A stretch of DNA of 62,105 bases, filler included. It is 5 parts of 5 records of this genome, joined end to end, with 100 filler letters (N's around TTAATTAATTAA, not from the genome) between each part and the next. Parts side by side here need not be neighbours in the genome. Positions count along the whole stretch, not along the records: positions 6,382 to 37,954 come from SRR20825010_4862; 4 more parts are not named here. The stretch is one strand, 5' to 3'. The notes below the pieces were generated by a model. That model was not told the origin of the DNA and ran no database searches. It worked only from the letters and a program-made list of their open reading frames with translations. Below are positions 20,273 through 30,171 of the stretch, in pieces. Both the position numbers and the translations under genes were made by a program. Each line of letters begins with the position of its first letter. Positions within the stretch are counted from its first letter, which is position 1.

Positions 20273-21945
20273 GTGATGCTGGGTGGCATTTTCTTTCTGA
20301 GTTTTCTCCAAATGATCCGTTGATTATGCGTGAATCCGGTCATCTCAGTGCGCGGGATGTGTTCGCCGGTGTGTTGCAGCTTGTGTCGCAGATCAGCGGG
20401 TCAAAGGAGCCGCTTTTTCTTTATTGCGAAGATGCAGGAAATTTTCTGGTTGGTCTGTTGGCTGCAATGCAAGCTGGTCGTGATGTCCTTCTTCCAGGGC
20501 ATGCCGCGAGCGGATTTCTTTCAGAAATTGGTGCGGATGCCGAGAGCCTTGTGACGGACGTGGATGAGCTTCCGAGTGAATATCGAATTTCACTCGAGCG
20601 GGCTGCTGAAGATGCTCCGTTTATCGTCCCTTTGATCAAGGATAGTTCAAAAATCGGGTTCTTCACGTCCGGTTCAACGGGTGTGCCTAAGCTTTGTCTC
20701 AAATCTCAGAGGCAACTCCTGTCCGAAGCTTTGGTTCAATTGGACCTTTGGGGGGCCCCGTCCGGGCCAGTGATAGGAACGGTATCGCATCAACACATTT
20801 ACGGCCTTTTGTTTCGGGTGCTTTGGCCGCTTATGGCCGGAAAGCCATTTCATGCCGAGCGAAAGGATATATGGGAGTCCGTGGCTCAATTTGCCGATCC
20901 GGAATGTGTGATTGTTTCGAGCCCGGCGCATCTCAGTCGTATTCCTGACCTCAGCCGTTTTGTCATTCGCCCGCGTTACATTTTTTCATCTGGTGGACCA
21001 TTGAGTTTCGCGGCTGCGTCGGATGCTGCCAAGAAGTTTGATGTCTTTCCCCTAGAGGTTCTTGGAAGCACCGAAACTGGTGGTGTCGCATGGCGTCAGC
21101 AGACGACGGAGGGCGCTGTTTGGGCCCCTCTGCCTTCGGTTGAGATAGGTTCCGATGTTCATGGCGCATTGATGGTGCGTTCGCCTTTTGCAGGCGGGGC
21201 CGAGTTTGTTGTCATGGGCGATCAGGTGAAACGATTGCCTGATGGTCGGTTTTCGCTGCATGCGCGATTGGACAGAATTGTGAAGGTTGAAGGCAAGCGT
21301 GTGTCCTTGCCACGTGTTGAGGAGGCCCTGCGTGGCCTGCCGGGTGTATATGATGCTGCATGCGTGGATATTCTTTCCCGGAAGGGGGCTTTGGGGGCCA
21401 TTGTCGTTTTGCAGGAAGACACGCTAAAACGTCTTGATGATATGGGACCCTTTCGATTTTCTCGTCAGCTAAGATCGGCTCTGGCGGAGCGTCTGGAACC
21501 GATGGAGCGCCCCCGGTATTGGCGATTTGTTCGCGCTATTCCTACAAATACACAAGGAAAGCGGCCAGTTGAGGATTTGCGAGTTTTGTTTGAGGAGGCT
21601 TCATTAGAATTACCCACCATTCTTGATCGGCAGGTCATTGATGGAAACGCACAATTCTCTATGGCGCTGAAAGCTGATTTGTGTTGGTTCGACGGTCATT
21701 TTCCAGGGCAACCTATTTTGCCTGGCGTCGCGCAAGTGCATATTGCCTCTCTTCTCGCAGAAGACATTTGGGGATTTGTCGCAACCGGTTCTGAAATGGC
21801 GAGAGTTAAATTTCGTCGCGTTATGCAACCCAATGACTTGGTGACGCTAACTCTTTCCCATACGGATGCGATGCGCGTGGATTTTCGCTATCTGGTCGAT
21901 AATGAAATTACAGCGAGCGGCACAATTAAGGGGATTGTCAAATGA
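20269..21945 (+). CDS. apeH: Acyl-ACP synthetase (AMP-binding) fused to a C-terminal FabA/Z-like dehydratase (ApeH-ApeI fusion)
   Basis: FTSGSTGVPK, GSTETGG and RLDRIVKVEGKR motifs, followed by WFDGHFPGQPILPGVAQ in the same frame. Confidence 0.88.
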   Translation: MSDAGWHFLSEFSPNDPLIMRESGHLSARDVFAGVLQLVSQISGSKEPLFLYCEDAGNFLVGLLAAMQAGRDVLLPGHAASGFLSEIGADAESLVTDVDELPSEYRISLERAAEDAPFIVPLIKDSSKIGFFTSGSTGVPKLCLKSQRQLLSEALVQLDLWGAPSGPVIGTVSHQHIYGLLFRVLWPLMAGKPFHAERKDIWESVAQFADPECVIVSSPAHLSRIPDLSRFVIRPRYIFSSGGPLSFAAASDAAKKFDVFPLEVLGSTETGGVAWRQQTTEGAVWAPLPSVEIGSDVHGALMVRSPFAGGAEFVVMGDQVKRLPDGRFSLHARLDRIVKVEGKRVSLPRVEEALRGLPGVYDAACVDILSRKGALGAIVVLQEDTLKRLDDMGPFRFSRQLRSALAERLEPMERPRYWRFVRAIPTNTQGKRPVEDLRVLFEEASLELPTILDRQVIDGNAQFSMALKADLCWFDGHFPGQPILPGVAQVHIASLLAEDIWGFVATGSEMARVKFRRVMQPNDLVTLTLSHTDAMRVDFRYLVDNEITASGTIKGIVK

Positions 21946-23660
21946 CAATCAGTGTCTGTGCGCTTTTGCCGACTTATAGGCACGTAGATGCTTTGGAGAA
22001 AACCATCCTTCGGCTTCGGTCTTTTGGCCTCGATGTGTTGGTGGTCGATGATGGTAATGAACTTCCTGTTGCGACAAAGATTGCCTCAATTTGCAAGGAT
22101 CATTCTGGGGTCACGTGTTTGCGTCGGAAGGAAAATGGTGGAAAAGGTGCTGCCGTTCTAGACGGATTGCACCTTGCCCGGTCTTTGGGATTTACCCATG
22201 TTTTGCAGATTGATGCGGACGGCCAGCATGATCTTGAGAGTGTGCCGGATATTCTTACTGCTTCTGCAGAGCATCCCTCGGCATTCATAACTGGCAAGCC
22301 TGTCTTTGATGCGAGTATACCTCGCGGGCGACTAATCGGAAGATGGGTGACCCATATTTGGGTTTCAATCAATACATTGTCATCGCGTGTGATAGATACG
22401 ATGTGTGGATTTCGTATCTACCCGCTCGCTGAAACGCTCGCGGTGTCGGAAGGACAAAAGCTTTCTCTCCGCATGGGATTCGATACGGAAATTGTTGTTC
22501 GCTTGCGGTGGTCTGGTGTCGAGGTTCATGCCCTGCCAGTAGATGTGATTTACCCCGAAGGCAACATCTCCAATTTTTCTCTGAAGGAAAATTGGCGCTT
22601 GTCTGTTATGCATGCGCGAATGTTTTTCGGCATGCTGCTACGTATGCCTCGAATAATTGCGAGACGCATTTTCGGGGAAGGTCGTCGTTCCCGGCATTGG
22701 GCGCAATTGGGTGAGAGGGGCGGGGCGTTGGGCTTGTCATTTTTGGCAGCAGTCTATCGCCTTTTTGGCCGCCGAATTTGCCTGCTGATTATGTCGCCGG
22801 TGGTACTTTTCTTTTTTCTCTCAGGAGGTGAGCAGCGTCGCGCCTCAAAAGACTATCTCCATCGTCTGTGGCTGGCGGGTGGTCTGGAAAAGAAGCCCGG
22901 ATGGTTTATGTCTCTGAAGCACTTCATGTCTTTTGGCGCTGCCGCCTTGGACAAGCTTGCCGCATGGACTGGTAATATTTCTGTGGATGACGTCGAAGGG
23001 GCGTCTCATAGCGTCTTCGATGAGCTTCATGCCAGTGGCAAAGGTGGCCTCATGCTGACGGCGCATTTGGGAAATCCGGAAGTAATCCGTGCAATCGGAA
23101 GCCTTAAAGGGCGTATTCGGGTTAATGTCCTTGTTCATACTGCACATGCTTTGCGGTTCAATGCCTTGCTTCAGTCAAGTTCTGCACAAGCATCAGTGCG
23201 TATGATACAGGTGACAGAAGTTGGCCCCGATACAGCTATCATGCTCAAGACCGCTATAGATAATGGTGAATTTGTTGTCATTGTTGGTGACAGAATACCG
23301 GTGACAGGCCATAGCCGTATTTCATGGGTTCGTTTCTTGGGGGATTTGGCTCCATTCCCCCAAGGGCCCCATATTCTGGCTGCCATTCTCAAGGTTCCGG
23401 TCTATCTTTTGTTCTGTGTGCGTCAGGATAAGAAGTATCGGATCTTCTTTGAACCTTTTGCCGACACGATTTTACTGCCACGTAAGGAGCGGGACGCGGT
23501 GCTCTCAAGGTCCGTTCAGCGATATGCTGAACGGTTGGAATATTTTACGAAGCAGGCGCCGTTGCAATGGTTCAATTTTTTTGACTATTGGCGCCCTGCG
23601 GGATTGCTGCCTTCAGAAAATTATCCGCCTTCTAATTCAAAAAGTGAGATGGCACAGTGA
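21942..23660 (+). CDS. apeJ: GT2 glycosyltransferase fused to a lipid A acyltransferase-like domain
   Basis: VVDDG, NGGKG.A, DADGQH and DTMCGFR in the N-terminal half. AHLGNPE, GDR and PLQWFNFFDYW in the C-terminal half. Confidence 0.9.
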   Translation: MTISVCALLPTYRHVDALEKTILRLRSFGLDVLVVDDGNELPVATKIASICKDHSGVTCLRRKENGGKGAAVLDGLHLARSLGFTHVLQIDADGQHDLESVPDILTASAEHPSAFITGKPVFDASIPRGRLIGRWVTHIWVSINTLSSRVIDTMCGFRIYPLAETLAVSEGQKLSLRMGFDTEIVVRLRWSGVEVHALPVDVIYPEGNISNFSLKENWRLSVMHARMFFGMLLRMPRIIARRIFGEGRRSRHWAQLGERGGALGLSFLAAVYRLFGRRICLLIMSPVVLFFFLSGGEQRRASKDYLHRLWLAGGLEKKPGWFMSLKHFMSFGAAALDKLAAWTGNISVDDVEGASHSVFDELHASGKGGLMLTAHLGNPEVIRAIGSLKGRIRVNVLVHTAHALRFNALLQSSSAQASVRMIQVTEVGPDTAIMLKTAIDNGEFVVIVGDRIPVTGHSRISWVRFLGDLAPFPQGPHILAAILKVPVYLLFCVRQDKKYRIFFEPFADTILLPRKERDAVLSRSVQRYAERLEYFTKQAPLQWFNFFDYWRPAGLLPSENYPPSNSKSEMAQ

Positions 23661-25213
23661 GTGCGAGTGAGATGGTTCTTTTTGGAAATGCGCCATTAAC
23701 GCTGGAGCAAGTGGCTGGCATTGCATTGGGGAATGTCCATGTGGACGTGAACCGGTCTGCCGAATTTCAGGATCGCATTGCGTCTTCTACGCGGCATGTG
23801 GACCGGACACTTGAGCGTGAAGGTGTGATCTATGGTGTGACTACTGGATATGGGGATAGTTGTACAACAGGTGTCCCGGACGATCTTATTACGGAGCTTC
23901 CGCTTCATCTCACTCGGTTCCATGGCGTGGGGATGGGGAGGATTCTTTCTCCCGAAGAGACGCGCGCTGTGATGGCTGTTCGGTTGGCGTCACTGGTGCA
24001 CGGTTGGTCCGGTGTCAGTGTTGAACTTGTCGACCTCCTGTCTGAAATGTTGAAGCGAGATATATTGCCAATGATACCGGCTGAAGGGTCGGTCGGGGCG
24101 AGCGGCGATCTCACCCCGTTGAGCTACATTGCAGCTACGCTGGTTGGTGAACGTAGGGTGCGCTATCGGGGAGAGGAAATGAATGCTGCCGACGCTTTGG
24201 CGAAGGCGGGTTTGAAGCCTATTAGATTGCGCCCCAAAGAAGCTCTGGCGATCATGAATGGAACAGCCGTCATGAGTGGCTTGGCGGCTATCGTTTTTGT
24301 GCGCAGTCAGAAGTTGTCGCAATTGGTGACGCGTCTGACCGCGCTAGCTTGTATGGCTCTGAAGGGAAATCCTGCGCATTTCGATCAGCGCCTGTTTGCG
24401 GCAAAGCCTCATCCGGGTCAGGTGAAAGTGGCTGCGCGGATAAGATCAGATTTGTCTGTATTCGCTGCTCGGCATGCGCCATCGCGTTTGCAGGATCGTT
24501 ATTCGATCCGCTGCGCCCCTCATGTAATTGGTGTTTTGGAAGATATGTTTCCCTCCTTCAGGCAAATGCTTGAAACGGAAATCAATAGCGCAAATGACAA
24601 TCCGCTGATTGATCCAGAAAGCGGAGATATCCTGCATGGCGGCCATTTTTATGGCGGTCATGTCGCATTTGTCATGGACAGCACCAAGAACCTTATTGCC
24701 AATTTGTCTGATCTTATGGATCGTCAGATGGCTCTTATTGTTGATGCGAAGTTCAATAACGGGATGCCTGCCAATTTGTCTGGTGCGGTTGGCGAGCGCT
24801 CGGCGATTAACCATGGTCTGAAAGCTCTGCAGATTGCGATGTCTGCCTGGACCGCTGAGGCGTTGAAGTTGACAATGCCGGCGAGCGTTTTCTCGCGCTC
24901 AACCGAATGTCACAATCAGGATAAGGTCTCTATGGGGACAATTGCCGCGCGTGATGCGACGCGGGTTCTGGAATTGACGGAGCAGGTTGCCGCGGCCCAT
25001 TGCATTGCTTGTGTGCAGGCTATTCGACTGAGATTGCGAGATGGTGATTTGAGTGAAGCTGACCTCTCTGACGATGTTTCGGCTTTTCTGAATATGCTGA
25101 AATCGCAAATTCCGTTTGTTGATGAGGATCAGCCTCTTGATGAGGTTCTCAGGATGCTGGCAGGTCAGATGGCAAGCCAGGCATGGCCGGATTTTTGGGA
25201 GGAGGGGCATTGA
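23657..25213 (+). CDS. MIO-dependent aromatic amino acid ammonia-lyase (HAL/PAL/TAL family)
   Basis: IYGVTTGYG, GSVGASGDL (MIO-forming ASG), LQDRYSIRC and ANDNP motifs. Confidence 0.93.
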   Translation: MSASEMVLFGNAPLTLEQVAGIALGNVHVDVNRSAEFQDRIASSTRHVDRTLEREGVIYGVTTGYGDSCTTGVPDDLITELPLHLTRFHGVGMGRILSPEETRAVMAVRLASLVHGWSGVSVELVDLLSEMLKRDILPMIPAEGSVGASGDLTPLSYIAATLVGERRVRYRGEEMNAADALAKAGLKPIRLRPKEALAIMNGTAVMSGLAAIVFVRSQKLSQLVTRLTALACMALKGNPAHFDQRLFAAKPHPGQVKVAARIRSDLSVFAARHAPSRLQDRYSIRCAPHVIGVLEDMFPSFRQMLETEINSANDNPLIDPESGDILHGGHFYGGHVAFVMDSTKNLIANLSDLMDRQMALIVDAKFNNGMPANLSGAVGERSAINHGLKALQIAMSAWTAEALKLTMPASVFSRSTECHNQDKVSMGTIAARDATRVLELTEQVAAAHCIACVQAIRLRLRDGDLSEADLSDDVSAFLNMLKSQIPFVDEDQPLDEVLRMLAGQMASQAWPDFWEEGH

Positions 25214-25629
25214 AAGCCCTCGTTACAGAGACAGCCCGTATTTCGGCGCAGTTTTATGATCTGGATCCAATGAATATTGTTTGGCATGGAAACTATGCCA
25301 AATTCTTTGAGATAGGCCGCTGTGCGCTGCTGGCGAAAATTGGCTATGATTATCGCGCTATGGTGGCTTCTGGATATGCTTGGCCTGTAATAGATATGCA
25401 TGTGCGATACTATCGTTCTCTGCTTTTGGGGCAGGAGGCGGAAGTTGTCGCGGGCATAAAGGAATGGGAAAATCAGCTCAAAATTTCCTATTTGATCCGC
25501 GATCTTCAGTCGGGAAAGCGGATTACCACCGGACACACCACCCATGTGGCCCTCGATATGACCAGCAAGGAAATGCTATGGGAAACTCCGCCAGTATTGC
25601 GCGAAAAGCTGTCTCCCTTTCTGTCTTGA
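25210..25629 (+). CDS. apeK: Acyl-CoA thioesterase (4HBT-like hotdog fold)
   Basis: FYDLDPMNIVWHGNY.KFFE motif. TTG start after GGAGG. Confidence 0.88.
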   Translation: MKALVTETARISAQFYDLDPMNIVWHGNYAKFFEIGRCALLAKIGYDYRAMVASGYAWPVIDMHVRYYRSLLLGQEAEVVAGIKEWENQLKISYLIRDLQSGKRITTGHTTHVALDMTSKEMLWETPPVLREKLSPFLS

Positions 25630-26159
25630 TCTGGATTGCCGGAGGGCCTTCGGCTTGGGCATGTCCGGCTCCGCAGGATATTCGTGTGGAGAAATTTGAA
25701 CGTCATTTTCAGCAAGAGAAATTCTTGTCCGGGCTGGATCGACCTTTGCAATCCGAGGGGCAGTTGGTTGCTGCAGACAACCAAGTCATTTGGCATATGC
25801 AAAAGCCCTTTGATGTAAAAACAATGATCGGGCCTGAAGGTATCACGCAGTCCGTTGATGGAGCTGCCGGTCAGCCGGTGGGTACTGGCGTATCTGAAAT
25901 TTCGGGTATGATTGCGAGTGCAATGGCCTCAATGATGCGTGGAAATTGGAACGCATTGGACGCGATGTTTGCCACCAACTTTCCTGAGCATGCGGCCAAT
26001 GGAGAGAATTGGAATGTTGTTCTGACTCCCCATGACGATAGATTGAAGGATTTGCTCGGAACAATTTCGGTACATGGATGCACCGATGTCTCCAGCGTTG
26101 ATATTGTTCGTCCGTCGGGTGATCGGGAACACATTCAGTTTGCGCCCTCTGTACCATGA
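25578..26159 (+). CDS. apeL: LolA-like carrier protein
   Basis: Signal peptide, FQQEK.L.GL.RPL.SEG and W.MQKPF motifs. Sits between the thioesterase and MMPL genes. Confidence 0.8.
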   Translation: MGNSASIARKAVSLSVLIWIAGGPSAWACPAPQDIRVEKFERHFQQEKFLSGLDRPLQSEGQLVAADNQVIWHMQKPFDVKTMIGPEGITQSVDGAAGQPVGTGVSEISGMIASAMASMMRGNWNALDAMFATNFPEHAANGENWNVVLTPHDDRLKDLLGTISVHGCTDVSSVDIVRPSGDREHIQFAPSVP

Positions 26160-28393
26160 ACCTAAGGCGCATCTTCATCGGCATCCTTCTCGCTGCCTTT
26201 CTCATATCGGGAGGTCTTGTTGTGACAAGGATTTCCGACAGCGTGGATACCGACATCCTTTCTTTGCTGCCGGGGGATTCCCATGATCCAGTTGCGGCAG
26301 CTGCAGTGCAGAAGGCCAGTGCGGATGCGTCGAACCGTGTTGCATTTGCAATTGAAGGTGGATCAGCGGATGACCGTAGGCGCGCTGCCGTGCAACTTTC
26401 TGATTTGTTGATTGCAGCCGGTGTTTTTCATTCATCAGACCGAGATGCAAAGGCCTTTTGGCAATGGCTTTTTGGTAATCGTATATATCTTCTTTGTCCG
26501 TCAGACAGGGCGCTGCTGCAGACGGGGCGCGGTAAGGATCTGGCTGATGCGGCATTGGCTCAATGGTATGCGCCGATGGGTGCCGCAAATGGCGGGTTGC
26601 TGAAAACGGATCCATTGTTGCTTACAAACCGTTTGCTGGCTTGTCTCATGCCAAATGGAATGGGAGTGCCGTCGGGCCATGATGTCGATTTTGTTTTCGG
26701 CAGTGTCGACGCATCGGTCTTCCGCCTTGATGTTCAAGACAAGATCGGTGACGCAGTAATCCAGTGGAAACTCGCTTGGGGTGATAAAGGCCTTGTCCTA
26801 AGCCGTGCAGGTGCGGTCTTTCATGCCGCCTATGGAGCAGAGCATGCTCGAAGTGAAATGACAGTGATTGGAGTTATTACGACCTTCGCTGTTATTCTGT
26901 TCTACTGGATGATGTTTCAGTCATTTCGTGCGCCGCTTATTGCGATTGGTATGGTGGGCTTTTCACTCACAATAGGTTTGGCGGCTGCACTATTGATCTT
27001 TGGTCGTGTTCACGCAATGGCGCTAGTTTTTGGCGCTGCCCTGATTGGGATGGTGGTGGATTATACGACTTATTTTTTGGTAACTGGTCTAGCGAGCCCT
27101 GACGCGTCTGTTGAAGAACGACAGAGGCGAATATTCAAACCTTTGACTATGGGTATGCTTACATCAGTAGGTGCTTTTGCCGCTTTGATATTTTTCCCAG
27201 TTCCTGCCTTTCAGCAAATCTCTGTTTTTGGCGGTGTCGGTTTGTTTGTCGCTTGGTCTGCAACATTGTTGCTTCTGCCTATCCTCGAAGGAGGTGCGAT
27301 GAAGCGCGGCCCTGGTGCTTTGTTGGCCAAGCGGTTTGTCGTTGGATTTCTCGCTGAAAGGCCGAAGCGGCGTGTCGCCATTTTTTCTATTGTTCTATGT
27401 GGCATTGTGTCTGGTGTCGGTTTTTGCCTTTTACAGACATTAGATGATGTAAGGCAGTTTCAGGCGCCTTCAGCGCAACTTGTGTCGGAAGAGGCGCGGA
27501 TAAGGGAACTCATAGGATTTGCGCCGTCTTCATCATTTTTTCTAGTGCAAGGACAGAGCAGGGAAGAGGCGTCTCAACGTGAAGAGCAACTGATAGGTGA
27601 TTTGTCCTCTCATGGTGAAGAAAGTTCCGTTCTTATTGCCGCCAGTGCGTTTTCTCCTTCCAGTGATCGCCTTGGTGAAAATCGCAAGTTGATAGAAGAC
27701 GAGGTGCTGGGCCCGTATTTGGGGTCATTGCTCCAGTCTCTCGGGCTGTCAGGGGCATCGCCTTATGGTTCGGTGGCAGGCGATCGCGCTGACCTACCGG
27801 AATTTATCACCAGTCTGCGTGGGGAGACGAATGGCATCTGGTGGTCCATAGTGCCGGTTGTTGGAACAGCGGATTTTAGACCGGATTTGGCGGGCGTATC
27901 CTATGTCGAGCCGGCTTCGCGTTATTCCGATCTCCTCAGTGCATATCGTCATCTAGCCTCCTATGGGTTGGCCGCAGCCGTTATGGCAACCGCGCTCATT
28001 CTCCTTGCATTCTATCGGCGCTTGGGCGCATTGCGTATTTTGCTGCCGACGGCCATTGCCCTGGTGATCACTCCTGCGCTTACCAGTCTTGTTGGGGTGC
28101 CGTATTCTTTTTTTTCTGCAATGGCTTTGTTCCTTGTGGCGGGTGCCGGGGTGGACTACGCAATTTTCCAATGGGAAAGTCAGGAGAAGTCCAGTGACTG
28201 GACCCGTGTCGGGATCGTTTTGGCCGCGTCGATGACTTGTATTTCTGTCGGTCTTCTGGGGCTAAGTTCGGTCTTGCCTGTTCGCAGTTTCGGGCTAACA
28301 GTTGCCATTGGGATTCTAGTGTCTTTGCTATTGTCGCCCTTGGCTCGGAATTGGGCTACGGGGGAGGTTTCCGGGGGGAAGCGCGATGATTGA
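26156..28393 (+). CDS. apeM: MMPL/RND-family exporter
   Basis: TDILSLLP, DPLLL, FGAALIGMVVDY and GAGVDY motifs, two transmembrane clusters. Confidence 0.88.
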   Translation: MNLRRIFIGILLAAFLISGGLVVTRISDSVDTDILSLLPGDSHDPVAAAAVQKASADASNRVAFAIEGGSADDRRRAAVQLSDLLIAAGVFHSSDRDAKAFWQWLFGNRIYLLCPSDRALLQTGRGKDLADAALAQWYAPMGAANGGLLKTDPLLLTNRLLACLMPNGMGVPSGHDVDFVFGSVDASVFRLDVQDKIGDAVIQWKLAWGDKGLVLSRAGAVFHAAYGAEHARSEMTVIGVITTFAVILFYWMMFQSFRAPLIAIGMVGFSLTIGLAAALLIFGRVHAMALVFGAALIGMVVDYTTYFLVTGLASPDASVEERQRRIFKPLTMGMLTSVGAFAALIFFPVPAFQQISVFGGVGLFVAWSATLLLLPILEGGAMKRGPGALLAKRFVVGFLAERPKRRVAIFSIVLCGIVSGVGFCLLQTLDDVRQFQAPSAQLVSEEARIRELIGFAPSSSFFLVQGQSREEASQREEQLIGDLSSHGEESSVLIAASAFSPSSDRLGENRKLIEDEVLGPYLGSLLQSLGLSGASPYGSVAGDRADLPEFITSLRGETNGIWWSIVPVVGTADFRPDLAGVSYVEPASRYSDLLSAYRHLASYGLAAAVMATALILLAFYRRLGALRILLPTAIALVITPALTSLVGVPYSFFSAMALFLVAGAGVDYAIFQWESQEKSSDWTRVGIVLAASMTCISVGLLGLSSVLPVRSFGLTVAIGILVSLLLSPLARNWATGEVSGGKRDD

Positions 28394-29603
28394 TGTTGCA
28401 ATAATCGGTGCCGGTCCTGCGGGGTCTGTCGCTGCCGCTATTCTGGCTGATGCAGGCTTGAGCGTGGGGGTTCTCGAACGGGCACATTTTCCGAGGTTCT
28501 CGATTGGGGAAAGTTTGTTGCCTCAGGCGATGGAGTGGTTGGAAGAAGCCGGACTATTAAAGGATGTGGTCGAGGCGGGCTTCCAGCACAAAAATGGCGC
28601 GACTTTTCGCTGGGGAGAGCGGGAGGAGACATTTGATTTTCGCTCGAAGACTTCCGCAGGATGGGGTACGACCTATCAGGTGCAACGTGAGAAGTTTGAC
28701 CAAATTCTTGCCCGTGGTGCGGAGCGAAAAGGTGCTCGTATACTTTTTGGTCAGACGGTCACAGCCATCAGTCCAGACCCTTTGTCACCCTCTTTGACTG
28801 TGTGCGATGAGGCAGGCAATGAACGTGCAGTTAATGCTCGCTTTATTCTGGACGCCAGCGGGTTCGGGCGTGTTCTGGCCAGACTCTTGGATCTGGAATC
28901 ACCGACCAATGTGCCGATGCGGAAGTCCGTTTTTACGCATGTCACGGATAACATTCCTCATGGCAGGCATGACCGGAACAAAATTATTGTATCGATAAAT
29001 AAAAAGAACCCTGAAGTCTGGTATTGGTTCATTCCGCTTGCAGACGGACTGACCTCTATAGGTGTTGTCGGGCGGCCCGAGCATCTTGAGGCATATGGTA
29101 AGACAAGTGACGAACAGTTGAATGGCGCTATCGCTGATAGTGGCCACATGGCTGAATTGTTGGTGAATGCCGTTCAAGTAAGGCCAGTTGGAGAGATTGC
29201 GGGATATGCATGCAAGGTGAGCCATCTGTATGGGCCTGGGTATGCGTTGCTAGGTAATGCGGGCGAGTTTCTTGATCCTGTTTTTTCGTCCGGCGTCACC
29301 ATTGCTTTGAAGTCTGCATCACTGGCTTCCCGTTTGGTGATCGAGCAGTTGAAGGGTGGTTCTCCTGACTGGCAACGTGGATTTGTCGAACCTTTAGGTC
29401 GTGGGGTGGAGACATTCCGGGCTTATGTAAATGGCTGGTATGATGGCTCATTGCAGCGGGTGATTTTTGGTTCACCTGCAGATCCGAGTCGCGTGAAGGC
29501 GATGATCACTTCTGTTCTGGCGGGATATGCTTGGGACGAACAGAATCCGTTTGTCATGCAGCCGCAGAAGTATCTGGTTATGCTTTCGGAACTCTGCCGA
29601 TGA
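28386..29603 (+). CDS. NAD(P)/FAD-dependent oxidoreductase, flavin-dependent halogenase-like
   Basis: GAGPAG, FPRFSIGES, GFQHKNG, WYWFIP and FLDPVFSSG motifs. Confidence 0.85.
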   Translation: MIDVAIIGAGPAGSVAAAILADAGLSVGVLERAHFPRFSIGESLLPQAMEWLEEAGLLKDVVEAGFQHKNGATFRWGEREETFDFRSKTSAGWGTTYQVQREKFDQILARGAERKGARILFGQTVTAISPDPLSPSLTVCDEAGNERAVNARFILDASGFGRVLARLLDLESPTNVPMRKSVFTHVTDNIPHGRHDRNKIIVSINKKNPEVWYWFIPLADGLTSIGVVGRPEHLEAYGKTSDEQLNGAIADSGHMAELLVNAVQVRPVGEIAGYACKVSHLYGPGYALLGNAGEFLDPVFSSGVTIALKSASLASRLVIEQLKGGSPDWQRGFVEPLGRGVETFRAYVNGWYDGSLQRVIFGSPADPSRVKAMITSVLAGYAWDEQNPFVMQPQKYLVMLSELCR

Positions 29604-30169
29604 TGCGGTTTGCTTTTCTTCTTTGTGCGTTGATGTTGAGTGCTTGTGCCACCGATGCTGGTAGTTTGAAAGTGACCCGGCCTTTGGCCCCCGGCGTTAC
29701 TTTGGCTATTCCTGAGAGTTCGGTTTTCGGGAGCGGGTTGGATGTTGTCCAGCTTGTGCAGGCCCGTTATCAGGATCGACACCAGATGTTTCAGTCCTTT
29801 TTGCAGTCGGACGGAAATGGTTTGAATGTGGTTATGACGGTTCCATCAGGCCCGCGCATTATGCGAATTGTCTGGGGATCCAATGGTGTGACAGCAACCA
29901 GGGATCCTATAGCACCTGATGCACTGGATGCGTTCCACATTATCGCCGATTTGATGCTGGTCTATGCTCCTCTCAATGAGTTGCAGAATTCTATTAGCGG
30001 TGCCGTTGTGACAGATATGACAGACGGCACACGGCGGATTTTGCAAAATGGGAAAGAAGTCATTTCTGTCCAGCGTCCGCGGCAGGATCCGTGGGATGGT
30101 TCTGCGCGTCTTGAGAATTTTTCTTTCGATTATGTACTGAATATTCAGAGCCAGCGCGCAAGGCAGTAA
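29600..30169 (+). CDS. apeN: DUF3261 lipoprotein
   Basis: Lipobox LSAC and IIADLMLVYAP motif. Positioned just before the KS. Confidence 0.8.
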   Translation: MMRFAFLLCALMLSACATDAGSLKVTRPLAPGVTLAIPESSVFGSGLDVVQLVQARYQDRHQMFQSFLQSDGNGLNVVMTVPSGPRIMRIVWGSNGVTATRDPIAPDALDAFHIIADLMLVYAPLNELQNSISGAVVTDMTDGTRRILQNGKEVISVQRPRQDPWDGSARLENFSFDYVLNIQSQRARQ

Positions 30170-30171
30170 CG

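Noticed and set aside
23657-25213. Calling the lyase hutH (histidine catabolism)
   Set aside because: No other hut genes are present, it is embedded in the APE operon, and its selectivity pair is FH rather than SH.
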